Positions 13,430 through 26,605 of a stretch of DNA of 64,000 nucleotides are shown in pieces. The DNA is from Eledone cirrhosa. Taxonomy: Eukaryota. Under the pieces are notes generated by a model. That model had not been told where the DNA came from and ran no database searches. It was given only the letters and a program-made list of their open reading frames with translations. The position numbers were made by a program, and so were the translations under genes. The stretch spans positions 106,144,001-106,208,000 of the forward strand of contig OZ024741.1 of assembly GCA_964016885.1 (NCBI GenBank), written 5' to 3'. Position 1 is the stretch's first letter, and each line of letters opens with the position of its first letter.

Positions 13430-13585
13430 ACAATGGCAGAGTCCTTAGAATGTTTATTGGAATGCTTTGTAGTAAATCGTTCTGGCACTCTGCTCTCTGA
13501 GTTCAAATTCTGCTGAGATCAACTTTGCCTTTCATCCTTTTGAGATCACTAAAAAGTACCAGCCCAGTACTAGGGTCAATTCTTT
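13430..13585 (+). mobile_element. Degraded Meta-like SINE
   Basis: Contains GAGTTCAAATTC..ACTTTGCCTTTCATCC. Confidence 0.65.
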
Positions 13586-14007
13586 CTCTATATTGCTTTC
13601 TCACTTCCTCTCTATCTCTCTTTCTCTTTTCTGGAAGAAATTAGCTGTGTTTCGACCTGAAGATGAGATGGACTGCACCAGGTTTAAAAATGACCAAGAT
13701 ACACTGTATATCACTATGCCACTCCAATGACTCTATCAGGAGTTATGGGTCCTTACATGCAGACATACTTATGGATTCAGGGATGGCTAAATGATTAAGC
13801 ATTTCACTTCACAACCATATTGTTCTGAATTCAATCCCACTCTATGGTAACTTGGAGAAGTGTCATTTACCAGAACATTGGGTCAATGAGATAGGGTAAG
13901 TGGAAACTTTTTAGTCCAATGAATTATACCTGTAAATTGTCAAGCTGAATCTCCCTGAGAATTAAGTTTAGGTGTACACATGTTTGTGGAATACTTGGCA
14001 ACTTACA

Positions 14008-14230
14008 TTATAATAGTTTCTGATATACGCACAAAGCCAGCAATGTTGGGGGAGGGGAAAGCCAACTAAATTGACCTCAGTGCATGACAGGTACTTTATT
14101 TTATCTACCCTGTAAGGATGAAAGGCAAATCTAACCTTGGCAGGATTATAACCCAGAATGTAAAGGGCGGTAACTCTATGCTGCAAAGCAAGGTGTCCGA
14201 CGCTCTACCGATTCTGCAAATTCACCACCC
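14008..14230 (-). mobile_element. Meta-like SINE
   Basis: GGATGAAAGGCAAA body on the plus strand, with the head toward 14230. Confidence 0.7.
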
Positions 14231-14659
14231 TATGCAACTTCCATTATAATATAAGACAAAATGTGCCTGTAATTTGAAGGTGGAGCACTGAGTCTCCCAG
14301 AGAATTATATTAAGTTTACAAGTGCCTATGGAATGTTCAGCCACTTGCATGGTAAATTTCATGGGCAGGATTTTCCATAATTACTTCTTCACCTGCACCA
14401 TTGGAACACTGATTATCAAAACTAATGTAGGACCATTCCATTCCATATAGTACTTACATTTTTTAAAGTTGTTTTAATGTTAATGAATCAGTAATTAGAA
14501 CTACCATATTTAATGAATAGAATATTAAAAAGATAATTTAAAATAACTTTGCAGTGGGGAAAAATAATACAAGTCAGCCCTAATATTACCTCCTCCTCCT
14601 CTTCTAATCACATGCCTGTACTATCAGAGCTGTGATCACTCAATTCGGAGAAGTAGCAG

Positions 14660-14972
14660 CTCTACTTTGAGCAACTCTCTGATCTCTGAGCTACGCACTC
14701 GTCAGAGGAACCCCATTTTGGCCACTTGTATTTGCAATCATATATTTTCAGTCATTACCCTGATTCATGACCATAGGTAAGGTTTGATATGAATACCAAG
14801 TTGAAGATAGTGAGTTTGGCTTTTACACCTACCTCCCTTCATCTGATTACTGAATGCTGAAGCTGACACATTACTGCACCAGCTCTTGCAATTCTTGCAC
14901 TTAATTCAGCCTCCTGCCTTCCATCACTCGTGAACATGGCCCCGAGATACTTGAACTTCTTCACCTGCTTCA
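14660..14972 (-). mobile_element. Old RTE-like LINE fragment (post-RT region)
   Basis: Translates LKQVKKFKYLGAMFTSDGRQEAELSARIARA. Confidence 0.65.
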
Positions 14973-15397
14973 GATAAATATAGACTCCACTGTACTGATA
15001 AAAAGAATCATTAAGTAAATATACAAAATTGTACATTGGTTGGTGTAGAGGAATGGATCAATTACAGGCAATGGATCAGTTACAGGCAAGCCTATTCTCT
15101 GCAGGCCTCAGACCTTTTCACATTTTTATATGTAAGATATGATATAATATAAATGTGGTCTAGTGAGGTGTTCTCTGGGCCTCAGACCATTTCACATTTT
15201 TGTAAGTAAGATATTCTTCCTTTTATTCTTAAACTGGTTTCAGTCACTAGAATGCAGCCATGCTGGGGCACCACCATCACAGGATTTTACTTGATTATCA
15301 GCCCCAGTACTTATTTTCTTTAAGGCTTGTACATATTTTATCAATCTCTTTTCCTCATACTGTTAGCTACAGGACATAAACAAATTGGAACATAAAT

Positions 15398-17066
15398 CAT
15401 CATCATCATCATCATCGTTTAACGTCCATTTTCCACGCTAGCATGGGTCTGGACGGGAATTGTCCCACTTGAGGCAAGATTGGTTGACTTGCTCAGGACT
15501 GTCTGGCGGGTTTTCTACGGCTGGATGCCCTTCCTAACACCAACCACATTTACAGTGTGGACTGGGAGGTTTTTACCGTGTTACCTACACGGCCACATTA
15601 CAGCGTGGACTGTGTGTTTTATTGTCGTGACACCTACACGTCTTGGCGGGTTTTCTACGGCTGGGTGCCCTTCCCAACACCAACCACGTTTACAGTGTGT
15701 ACTGGGAGGTTTTTACCGTGTTACCTACACGGCCACATTACAGCGTGGACTGTGTGTTTTTTTGTCATGACACCTACACAACCTCATTTGTTTCGGACTG
15801 GATGTTGTGGTACAAACATAACTTCACATTTAAGGGGGTGGTGTGGATGGGGTGGGGGTAGTGGGACGGGGTGTATTTTGTTAGAGGTGCCTACTGACTG
15901 TAGGTTTCGCTTTATACTTAGGCAAGGCGGATCTTCTGTATAACTGTGTAGCGCCAAAGATCTCGGTCCAGTGACATTGTCTTGGAGAGGTGTAAGTGTG
16001 TGACGTCGGAATTTATCAAGTCGTCCCAGGTTTTTCTGGGTCTGCCTACTCCGTGGCTACCGTCTATTTTTATCGCCCTGCACTTTTTTATACAGCTGTT
16101 GTCTTTCATGCGTATCACGTGACCGTACCAACGTAGTCTTCTCTCGAGTAAACAACATCTGATCCCTCTTATTCTTAACTTCTCCCTTAGTTTGTTTATG
16201 CTTTGCCGTTCACATATATTACTATTACACATCCAGCGGAGCATGCAAGCTTCGTTTCTCTCCAGTCTGCATATATCCTCTGCACACAATGCCCAGGTCT
16301 CACTGCCATGTAACATTGCTGTTCGTATGCAGGCATCATACAGCCTGCCTTTCATTTTTAGAGAGAACCCTTTAGCGGCCAATAATGGTATAAGCTCTCT
16401 GAACTTTTTCCATCCCATTCTGACTCTAGCTACTGTACTTTCAGAGCACCCTCCTCCACTGCTGATTTTGTCACCCAGGTAACGGAAGCTGTCCAATATT
16501 TCTATAGAACCATCTGTGCAATGGAATGAGCTAGTATTCTGTGGGCACTTGCTGCTACTTATTGCACCAGAGCACCGGCCACATATAAAATCTATATTCT
16601 TAGTTAGCTTACCTGTGATCCCACTACATCTTTTATGCACCCATACTTTGCATTTGGGACATAAAATGGAGTTTCTGCCTACTCCTTTCCTACACACTGA
16701 GCATGGCCATTTCCCAGATGGGACCGGTGCCCTATTTTCCTTCCTACAAACTAGAACTTTAGTCTTAGACAAGTTAACTTTAAGGCCTTTTGATTCTAGG
16801 CCATGCTTCCATGTTTGGAATTTCTTCTCTAGTTCCGCCATTGATTCAGCTATGAGCGTTAGATCATCACCCTTGTAGCAGTTAATGTTGATACTGCTGC
16901 GCGAGTCCTTCAGAATGACCCCATTCTGTATGACTTGGTTTACTATCCGAGTGACCATAGTGTGTCCCACCGTTCTAGATGCTTTCAGCATTTCAGCAAC
17001 TATTTCCGAAGGCCCAGCCGCCTTGCCCGTCTTCATGTCTTTGATCGCCTTACTTATTATACTACC
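15398..17066 (-). mobile_element. 5'-truncated RTE LINE with in-frame deletion of the RT core
   Basis: ORF 15918-17105 reads INCYKG|DDLTLI with the junction at 16868/16869. The PHD finger and C-terminus are intact, the 3' UTR has an internal duplication, and there is a (TGA)n tail. Confidence 0.95.
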
Positions 17067-18234
17067 TAAATATAGGCACATACTCATACAAACACACACA
17101 TACACACATATAACAGGCTACCACAGTTTCCATTTACTAAATGCATAGCAGAAGACCCTTTCCCAAGGTAGCTGCGCAGCGTGACTGAATCTGAAAACGT
17201 GGGTCATTATAAAAAGAAACTGCTGGTCTCAGATATGAAGTATATATAGAAACCATATAATTGTTTAGAGATATGTAATGGTATAAAGTACCATTATAGC
17301 GCTGGACAGGTTTAAAACATGCTTTTCTATTTTGTTTCTGTGGTGGGTGGGTTGGAATATAAAACATCGCAAGAGAGAGTTGTCAACTGTTTTAACCTAT
17401 CTTTTACCTTCCAAGAAGAAAAAATGCTGTAACTAATTATAGTTATATTTCTTTGTTGTAATTCTGGTTAACACCCTGATTTTATGAGGGCAGAGTTAAT
17501 TAAGACGTTGTTTGTATATATTTGAACACCATTTTAAAATCAGATTGCTGCAAACAATATCATGGCTCTCTAGAGTTTAGGCTTTTTTTTCCTATTAACA
17601 ACCATTTTCATGCCAAAGAAAAACATGTTTCTGAAATATTTCTATCCATGGGAACCTTTTTTGTTGGATCTTTTTATTCAATAAAGCTATTTCCCTCCAA
17701 AACCGGTTATCATATAAACTCAAAGCAAAACAATATGTGGTAAAATCAGTTGTTGAACTGCTAAGTTATGGAACATATAAACAAAGAGCAACTTGAATAC
17801 AGAAACAGGATGACATTGTTGTATGGTATTGAGTTCTGTTCCCATACACTCGAAGTTCAAATCCGATAGAGGTTGGTTTTTATGTTTTATCCTTCTAGCG
17901 ATGATATAATAAAGAATAAAATACCAGTCTTTTTTTTCCTATAAAATGTGTGGCCCTATGGTTTATGTTAGAAATCATCATTATTATTAGTCTTATTTTT
18001 ATTGTGTGCCATCACTGCATTACCAAGCACAGCTCTGTGTGCCTTGGCTATGTGTAGTTTTGTTATTTCTATTGTATTGAAAGTATGCTTTGTAATAAGC
18101 GTGCAATGCCTAGTAATGTATTTTCTACATGCTCTATATATTTGTAAGTCCTGGGGTGTTGGTTATGTACTTGTCTGTGTTTGTTTTATTTAATCATTAC
18201 CAGAGCATCTATTATTATTATTATAATTATCGCA

Positions 18235-18620
18235 AGGGCAATAGATTGGCAAAATCAGTAGAACGCCGGACATGCTTTGTGGCATAGAGTTACATCCCTT
18301 TGTGTTCTGGGTTCAAATGCCACCAAGCTTAGTTTTGCCTTTCATCCTTACAGGGTTGATAAATAAAGCACCAGTAATGCAAAATTGTTGGCCTTGTGCC
18401 TAAATCAGAAACCATTATGATTATTGGCAGTATTGGTACAGCGTTGAACAATATACTTTGCAGCTTATAGTTATGTCCCTTTACATTCTGAGTTCAAATC
18501 CTGCTAAGGTTAGCTTTGCCTTTCATCCTTATGGGGTTGATAAAATAAAGTACCAGTCAATTTAATCGACTTTCCCTCCTCCAATATTATTGGTCTTGTG
18601 CCTATATAAGAAACCATTAT
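18235..18620 (+). mobile_element. Two tandem Meta-like SINEs
   Basis: GTTCAAAT B box plus TTTGCCTTTCATCCTTA body, twice. Confidence 0.75.
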
Positions 18621-18679
18621 CAGTATCATTGTTATTAATGTGTCTGGAATATCAGACATGTTAAAATGTTGGATCGCTT

Positions 18680-18870
18680 TTGTTGGTATCACTTATCACT
18701 AGGATCAACTTGATCACTGTTGTTGATATCAAATATCATCAATGACCAACTGAATCACTATTGTTGGTATCAAATATCACCTGGATCAACTGGATCACAC
18801 TTGTTGATATGAAATATTACCTGGATCAACTGGGTCTCTCTTGTTGGTATCAAATATCACCAGGATCATC
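18680..18870. repeat. ~40-bp minisatellite, about 5 copies
   Basis: TTGTTGGTATCAAATATCACCTGGATCAACTGGATCAC recurs every ~40 nt. Confidence 0.85.
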
Positions 18871-18989
18871 TTTATATTTAATGTCTATATGATTGATAAC
18901 AAAATGTACTTGTATCACTAATAGTTAGATCAATTAGCAATACTTCTTCTTTACCCGAAAGCCAAATAAAAAGACTCCTTTATAACAAT

Positions 18990-21848
18990 TGGATAGTTTT
19001 CAAAACTCTTCCACTGGAGTAGACATGTCCAGTTCTCAAATATTAGTGGAGTTGGTAAAGGAACAGTCATATTGATGGGCTTTTCAGCATTACTGGGTAC
19101 AACCTTTTCCACAAGGACCGCATTAATCGCTGTGGTGGTGGTGTGATGGTCTACATTCATTCAAACTTTTCGGTAATTCCTTGCGTTGATTTGAACGAAT
19201 CACAAGAAGTTTTTTTTTGTGACATACGTATGACCATGTCAACACTTCTGCTTGGTGTTGTTTATCGCCTCCCAAACTACCATCAGGACACACAGCTTTG
19301 TGATATCCTCAGAGCTGCTGCCAGGAAAACAGCCACTTATGTGTTTATTGCAGGTGACTTCAATCATCCTGAGATCGATTGGGAAACATTTCGTTGGCCA
19401 CAAAGTGCAAACGATTTCCTTGAGCTAGTGCTGGACTCAAACTGGTCACAAGTAGTCACCTCTCCAACAAGAGGTGACAACACTTTGGACCTGATCTTCA
19501 CCACTACTCCTGAAGTGGTTATCAGTTGTACTACTGAAGAACCTCTAGGCGACTCTGATCATGCTATGATCATTGCCAATCTGGCTCTTGCGGGCAGCAA
19601 CACAAACCAGAACCATCTCCAATCGGCTTGCTTTGATTGGAAGAAAGCAGATTGGAACTTGTACTGCACTGAGCTACAGCGCCCAAACTAGCATGAGTTC
19701 TATAACTCTGGAGATGTGAACACTATACTCCAGAGCATCCTGGACTCAATATGGATAGCGTGTGCAGCATCGGTGCCACGTAAGCAGAAAAAAACCCACC
19801 CCAAAAGTGCAATTTGGGAAACTTCAGCGGTCCGACTTGCCAGGAAAGAACGTCAGAATGCTGAACGGGAATATAAACTGCATAAATCAGATGCCAACAG
19901 AAAAAAAGCGGAATAAATCTTCCAACCATCTCAAGCAAGTGACAAAAAAGGCAGTGCTTGAATTTGAACAGTGCATAGCAACCAATCCTGACAGTAAGGT
20001 GTTCTGGAAATATGTTCATTCAAAGCAGAGACCTCACTCTCCAGTTGGTCCTCTTCGCAATCCCCACACAAGCCAGATCACTGACGATCCCAAAGAATGC
20101 ACAGAACTCATTGCTGAGTGCTATGCAAGCATTTTTACTGTTGAAAACCAGAATGTACCATCTCCACTATCTCTAACATCAAATTCCATAAGAACTATGG
20201 AATTTACACCTGCAATGTTGCGACGTCACCTTAAGAATAAGCACAACTATGCCTCCCCTGGTCTTGATGGTGTTACATACCTGCTTCTCAAACGTGGCGG
20301 GTACTTCCTTTTGCACCAGCTTTCTTTCTTTCAATACTGTCTCAACAATGGTGCTACTCCGGAGCAGTGGAAAACTGCCAGTGTCATTCCCCTGTTCAAA
20401 AAGGGCGACCGCACATCACCTGTGAACTATCGTCCAGTCAGTCTTACTAGCTGTATTGCCAAACTGATGGAATCCTGTGTCAGAGAAACACTTTGGAACT
20501 TCTGGAGCTCTCACAGCCTCATCCGGCCCACGCAGTTTGGATTTATCCGTAACTCCAGCTGCTGTGATCAGCTTATCGAGTTCCTTGAAGACATTACCCG
20601 GATCACTGACAGCGGCTCATGGGTGGATGTTGTTTACCTTGACTTCGCTAAGGCTTTTAATTCTGTGCCACACAAAAGACTTATGGCAAAACTCTCTGCA
20701 ATGGGTGTGACGGATGATCTTTTTAACTGGTTGAAATCCTTCATTCTCAGCCGAAAAGAGGTAGTCACGGTTCTAGGAGAGAATTCTTCACCATATGAGA
20801 TGTCATCTGGTGTACCACAGGGATCTGTTCTTGGTCCCCTTTAGTTTGTGGCATATATTAATGACATAGATGCCAACTTAAAGAATGCCATGGTACTGAA
20901 ATATGCAGATGACATCAAGCTGTACCTTGAAATCAAAAGGACTGATCCTGAAATCTACAACTCTTTCCTACAATCAGACCAGGTTACAATGCAGCAATGG
21001 ATCACAGACAGGCAACTGAAGCTGGCTGTGGACAAGTGTACCACCATACATTTTGGGAGGAAAAATCCAGCGTCACATACTCCCTCCACAACACTGATAT
21101 CAAGAAGTCCTCTTGTGAACGTGACCTGGGCATTACTGTCAGCAGTGATTTGCGTTGGACAAAGCATGTCCCTAAGATTGTCAAGAAGGCCGAGGGAGTC
21201 TTGGCATCACTCATCAAGACCTTTGTTAGCCACTCTCCGACCATCTATTTAAAGCTGTATACAGCTATGGTATGACCACACTTGGAATTCGCATCATCAG
21301 TCTGGAACCCCTATCTTGCTCAGAACATTGACCTTCTGGAAACTGTTCAGAGACGTGCAACCAAGCGCATACCCTCCATCAGACACCTACCATACTCTGA
21401 ACGCCTTGCTTCCCTGGGCATGGATTCATTGAAGCTCCGACGTCTGGCAATGGACTTGGTAAACACCCACAAAGTTATTAACCATCTCGCCAACAACAAC
21501 CCTGAGTACCTTTTTGATCTCCATGTGTCTAACACACGTGGACATGCCTACAAAATCAGAAAACAGCACAGCTCCCATGACTTTCGTAGACATTTTTTCA
21601 TGCTCAGAGTTGCTGAAGTATGGAACAAACTGCCTGCGTCAGTTGTTAGCTGCCGAGACACTGCATCCTTTAAAACCCTCATGCTTCCCGAAATTCGCCA
21701 AAACTACACCTGATGTACCCCTTCCATACACATGCACACGTGTATATCATGACTCATGCACTGTTCATTTTCCTGACGTTTGTACATTACCTATGTACTA
21801 TACATACACTTTTTGATGAGTTGTAGTGCACCTGAGCACTGTACACAA
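18990..21848 (+). mobile_element. CR1-group LINE ORF2 (APE+RT), pseudogenised, ORF1 absent
   Basis: APE motifs GVVYR.P, AGDFNHPEIDW, PTRGDNTLDL and LGDSDH. RT motifs NYRPVSLTS, YLDFAKAF, SGVPQGSVLGP and YADD. CR1-type C-terminus VWNPY, VQRRATK, TRGH, WNKLP. Terminal stem-loop AGTGC-ACCTGA-GCACT near 21826-21840. Confidence 0.92.
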
Positions 21849-21950
21849 TGACTTTGCCTTTTATCCTTACGGGGTCGATAAAATAAAGTACCAGTAATGC
21901 ACTGGGTAATTGCTGGCCTTGTGCCTAAAGTAGAAACAATTATTATTATT
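21849..21950 (+). mobile_element. 3' half of a Meta-like SINE
   Basis: GACTTTGCCTTTTATCCTTACGGGGTCGATAAAATAAAGTACCAG followed by an (ATT)n tail. Confidence 0.75.
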
Positions 21951-22397
21951 ATATTCTATATGTTGTCTAACAGCTTGATATAGAAATCCTTTGTTTTAAT
22001 ATTTCTTCTCATTTCACACGGCCTTTCTTGGTGGCTTTAGTCACATTTCTGCAGTTTTTCAGCTCCGCCTTCTTTTCTTCTTTTCTCTTTTCTTACAAAG
22101 TGCCGTACTTTTAAGAAAAATATTTTCTAAGGTTTGTAAACTAGGATTTCAATCCACAAATAAAATGACCTAACAATGTTTCAGGTGTGAATCTACCACA
22201 CAGAATATATATTACATAAACTAGCAGTAAATGTGAACATTCTAGAATTTTTTGAAAACTCTAAGATTGCTGAGAATACATAGAGAACCATGAAATACAT
22301 AATTTCTTTGAAAATTGTATTTTTCTAAGGCATTTGATTCTTGAAATGATTTCATAAATTATGTAAAGTTAGTTACTAAATTTTACATGGCACCATT

Positions 22398-22750
22398 AAG
22401 CATTTCTAAGGTCCACTTAAATGCCATGATAAACACACAGTAAAACATCTAGAGTGGCACCCTAACAACTGGCTGTACCAATTATGGGGCGATGTGCACC
22501 AACAAGCATTTCTAAGGTCCACTAAAATGCCATGATAAACACACAGTAAAACATCTAGAGTGGCACCCTAACAACTGGCTGTACCAATTATGGGGAGATG
22601 AGCACCAACAAGCATTTCTAAGGTCCACTGAAATGCCATGATGGACACAGTCAAAAATCTACAATGGTACCCCAATGATAGACAGCACCTCTGAAATGCC
22701 ATGATGGAATCACAATCAATTATCTGTAACGGCACCCCAATAACAAACTG
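22398..22750. repeat. ~106-bp tandem repeat, about 3 copies
   Basis: AAGCATTTCTAAGGTCCAC starts at 22398, 22504 and 22610. Confidence 0.9.
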
Positions 22751-23465
22751 CACCAGTTATGATTGACTGATTGATTAATATATTGTAATTCTTCTTAGCT
22801 GTCCATGTTTTCTCTGTTAACAACGACCTACAGATATTCAATTTAAGCATCAACCTCAACTTAAAGAGTTCATGACTTCTGACTTGTCTTCTTCTCAATA
22901 CAACAACAACGGCATCAGCAGCAGCAACAATAACAACAACATTAGTTTGAGGTTTGAACCTGAGTTATATATATGAGACATGTATTACTAGCTGTAGTCT
23001 GATATTCTGCATGTGTCAAAGTGTTAATAAATATAGCTCTCTCTAAAATTAGAAGCCGATTCAGTGACACCTGGTAGATTTTAAAATATAAAGAACATAC
23101 ACACACACATATATACACAAACAAACAAACATACATACTTACACAGCACATGGGTAATTATATACATATATTATATGAGTATTTACATATATATATGCAT
23201 TACATATACATTGTATATGTGTATGTATATGTGTGTGTGTATGTGTGTGCATATGTATGTGTATCTGTTTGTGTGTCTGTGTATATGTGAATGTGCATGT
23301 GTGTGTGTGTTGTGTAGGCACGTGTAACCCACATTCTATACATGTGATTGAGTTTATCTTTTGTCTAACAGGTATAAATTTAGTTTAAATTTTCAATAGA
23401 TGGTGTGAAAAAATACTGTTTGGGACTTGTCAATAGAAACTGGTTTTGGGGTTGAAAGAGAGATA

Positions 23466-23932
23466 TATTTCTTTATTAGCCACAAGGGCACACAAGAAAA
23501 GGGGACAATACAAAGACATCCCGGGGATTTTACATACAGTCGTGTAAAAAATATAAAAACAAACAAGAACAACAATCGAAATCCCCAATAGGGGGGAGAC
23601 GCCACCCCGTCGATAGAGCAACCCTCAACTCCAGGAGCGTGTTGTGCAAGTGCTCCTTTCTTCCTTTTGCTCTCTTCCTCAACCTACAGGCTTATAAACA
23701 GAGAAGGCCCAATCACTCGGGCCATTTTCGCTTCATTCGCCCACCTTTCAGTAAATTTACTGGGGTGCAGTGCCTCTCTCTCCACGCTGATTCTCCTTCT
23801 AAAGTGATACTTAAAGAAGGGAATCAATTGTTGTCCGGAGAGAAAGGCATCTGTCCTCAGTCCTCTCAACCTCATCCACCATATAACTTCTTTCACCATA
23901 GCCACCGTACAGAGGAAAACCGCCTCTCTTTC
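23466..23932 (-). mobile_element. Tx1-clade LINE 3' fragment with ~22-bp TSD
   Basis: C-terminus MVKEVIWW.RL.GL..FFKYHF.RRI..ERE and an AATAAAGAAA end. Flanked by GTTTTGGG(G)TTGAAAGAGAGATA at 23443-23465 and 23933-23954. Confidence 0.9.
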
Positions 23933-23970
23933 GTTTTGGGTTGAAAGAGAGATAGGTAGATAGATAGATA

Positions 23971-26303
23971 TGTTTCTTTATTAGCCACAGGGGCACAAAA
24001 GAAGGGGACAAATACAAAGGGGGAAGTTTACATACAATAAAAACGTGTAAAATATTATCACAAATGCAATTGAAAAGTTAATCGATTTTCCCCAATAGAG
24101 GGAGACATTTCATATGGGTAACACATACCCCCGAAAAAAATGTGCAACCCTCATCTCCAGGAGTAAGAAGAGTTTGTACCCCTTTCCTCTCTTCCTCCTT
24201 TTCCTCAACCTACAGGCTGATATAGAGAGAAGGCCCATTCACTCGGGCCATTCTTGCCACTTTCACCCACCTTTCATAAAACTTGCTGGGATACAGCACC
24301 TCTCTCTCCATCCTGATTCTTCTTCCAAAATGGTATTTGAAAAAGAGAATCAGTTGTTGGCCGGAGAGAAAGGTGTCTGACCTCAGCCCTTTCAACCTCG
24401 TCCACCATACAGCCTCTTTCGCCATAGCTATCACACAAAGGAAAACCGCCTCTCCTTCGTTTTTGAAGGAGGGTGGCGGTTTGACCTTGACAATGGACTC
24501 AGTGGTCAACCGGATTGGTCCCACCCGCAACAATAGTCGTTCCACATAGCCCCACAGGTCGGTAACGCCCGGGAAATGTACGAATGCGTGCGCGACTGTT
24601 TCTTCGTCTCGCACGCATCTCGGACAGATCTTTTTCGAAGGGCCCCTTCCCGAGCGCCCATGTCTGTAGAGCTTGTCTCGAACTGGTAGAGCTCCTCAGT
24701 AGCACTGCCAGGCCAGGGACTTTTGGAAGTTGCCCATCGGTCCCGGGCGGAAGGTTCTACCGAACAGACTGGCCAGTTCGTCTTCCTCTATGCCCAGAGC
24801 TTCTCCGAGCGCGTCGTCGCACTTGCTGCGGATCAACCCTCTATAGAATGACGAAGTGGAGTCTCCACTGATCGCCAGGTCCATTTGCCAGAGGACTGTG
24901 AGAGCCTGAGCACATTCGATGTGCCAGTCGCCCATTTTCCTCGGTTTTTGCTTGACCCAGGACTGCAGCTCGGTCAGCGAGACGAGTCGTGGGAAGGCTT
25001 GCCTCACGAACGGGGCCCACACCGGTTGTCCGGTGAGGAATACGTAGAGATGCCACAGCCTGAGCGCGTGTTTGCGTATCATCAGCCACGGCATCGCCAG
25101 CCCTCCACTGGAAGGGTGTTGGCAGCAGATGGATCTTCTCACCAAAGGAGTCCGCTTCTTCCAAAGGAATTGGAAGAACGCACACTCCATTTTGGTGAGC
25201 GTTTTGGCTGGACAAGGCACGACGGTCAAGCGGTAGTAGATGACGGACGCTATAAAAGTGTTCGCCACCTCCGCTCAACCTTTCAAGGATAGTTTGCACT
25301 CGGCCCACTTCTGGGTGAGTGCAAACACCTTGGCCGTCACCTCGTTCCAGTTCTTCTCCACCTGGAGGTCCGGACCAAACCAGACCCCGAGCAGTTTTAC
25401 CGGTCCTTCCGTCCAGCGTCCGACGACGCCATCGGAAGGCATCGGTTTGCCTCTCCACGATCCAAGTTGCAAACCTGTGAACCTTTCGTATTCCTTCAGT
25501 AAGGTGCCAACTTCCTCAATTTGTGAGGTGCTCGACACCATTATTGTCACGTCGTCGGCGTAGGCCAATGCCACTTTCCGCAGTCCCGGCTCCAGAGGGA
25601 TGCCCTGCAACAGCTCCAACTTCCGCAGTAGTGACTCGAGAGTCAGTACGTACAGAAGGGAGGAGAGAGGGCATCCCTGTCGAATGGATCGCATGATATG
25701 GAATGGCTCTGAGAGGAAGCCGTTCACCTTGACCCTTGAGCAGATGTTGCTGTTGTGCATTGCAGTAATCCAGCCCCTGAACACCGCATCCAGGTAACGA
25801 TGGTCAGCCCTATCGAAAGCCTTAGACTGATCCAAGTTGATCAGGGCCCCACCGAAGCCGGGTTTACACCCTACCCTCTCTATGATGTATCGCATGAGGT
25901 GGAGGTTGTCGTGTATGGACCTAGTCGGGATTGCGCATGTCTGCGCTTCTCCCACCAGGTTTTCGACAAGTGCCAGCCTCTTTGCCAACACCTTGGCCAA
26001 AATCTGTAACTCTGTGTTTAGCAGAGTTATGGGCTGGAAGTTGCCTATGTCATCCTCCTTATTCTCATTCTTCCTGACTAGTGTGACTACGCCCCTGGTC
26101 ACAGAACTGGGAATTCTCACGTTCTGCTGCCAGTTGCAGTAGACCGCTTCCAGGAGACCGGAGAACAAGTCCGGCATTGCTACGTAAAATTCGTAGGGTA
26201 GACCGTCGAGACCTGGAGATTTGCGTTTGCCACATTGGCTCAGCGCGTCCCCTATCTCAGCAGCTGAAATCAGCCTTTCGCAGAACTTCGCCTCGCTGTC
26301 CGA
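23971..26303 (-). mobile_element. 5'-truncated Tx1-clade LINE (family B)
   Basis: SPGLDG, QPITLLN, LDQSKAFDR, RQGCPLS, AYADD and the C-terminal C..C/H..C region. Both ends lie in (GATA)n. Confidence 0.95.
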
Positions 26304-26605
26304 AATAAATAGATAGATAGATAGATAGATAATTTTCTTTTTATTTGCCACCAGGGCGTCAAAGTGTGGGACAAGTACAAGGGAGGGAGTTTACATAAAA
26401 AGGCGTCCTCGATAAGGAGGAGGCAATAACAAAATATAAAATATAAAATATAAAATGTAAAATATAACAAAAATAAATTGAATAACAAAATCCTCAATAG
26501 GGAGGAGGCGCCTTGGGGGGTCGCACACACCCCCGAAAAAGTGTGCAACCCTTCTCCTCAGGAGCACAGAGAGAGGGTGCTCCCTTGATCTTTCATCTTT
26601 CTCAC

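Noticed and set aside
13640-13700. Penelope-type hammerhead (GTTTCGACCTGAAGATGA)
   Set aside because: No downstream GAAA core or closing stems are visible.
16860-16880. RTE internal deletion as a spliced-out GT-AG intron
   Set aside because: The parent has AAGG|GTAAAG and GCAG|ATGAT nearby, but the observed junction is AAGGGTGATGAT rather than the spliced AAGGATGAT.
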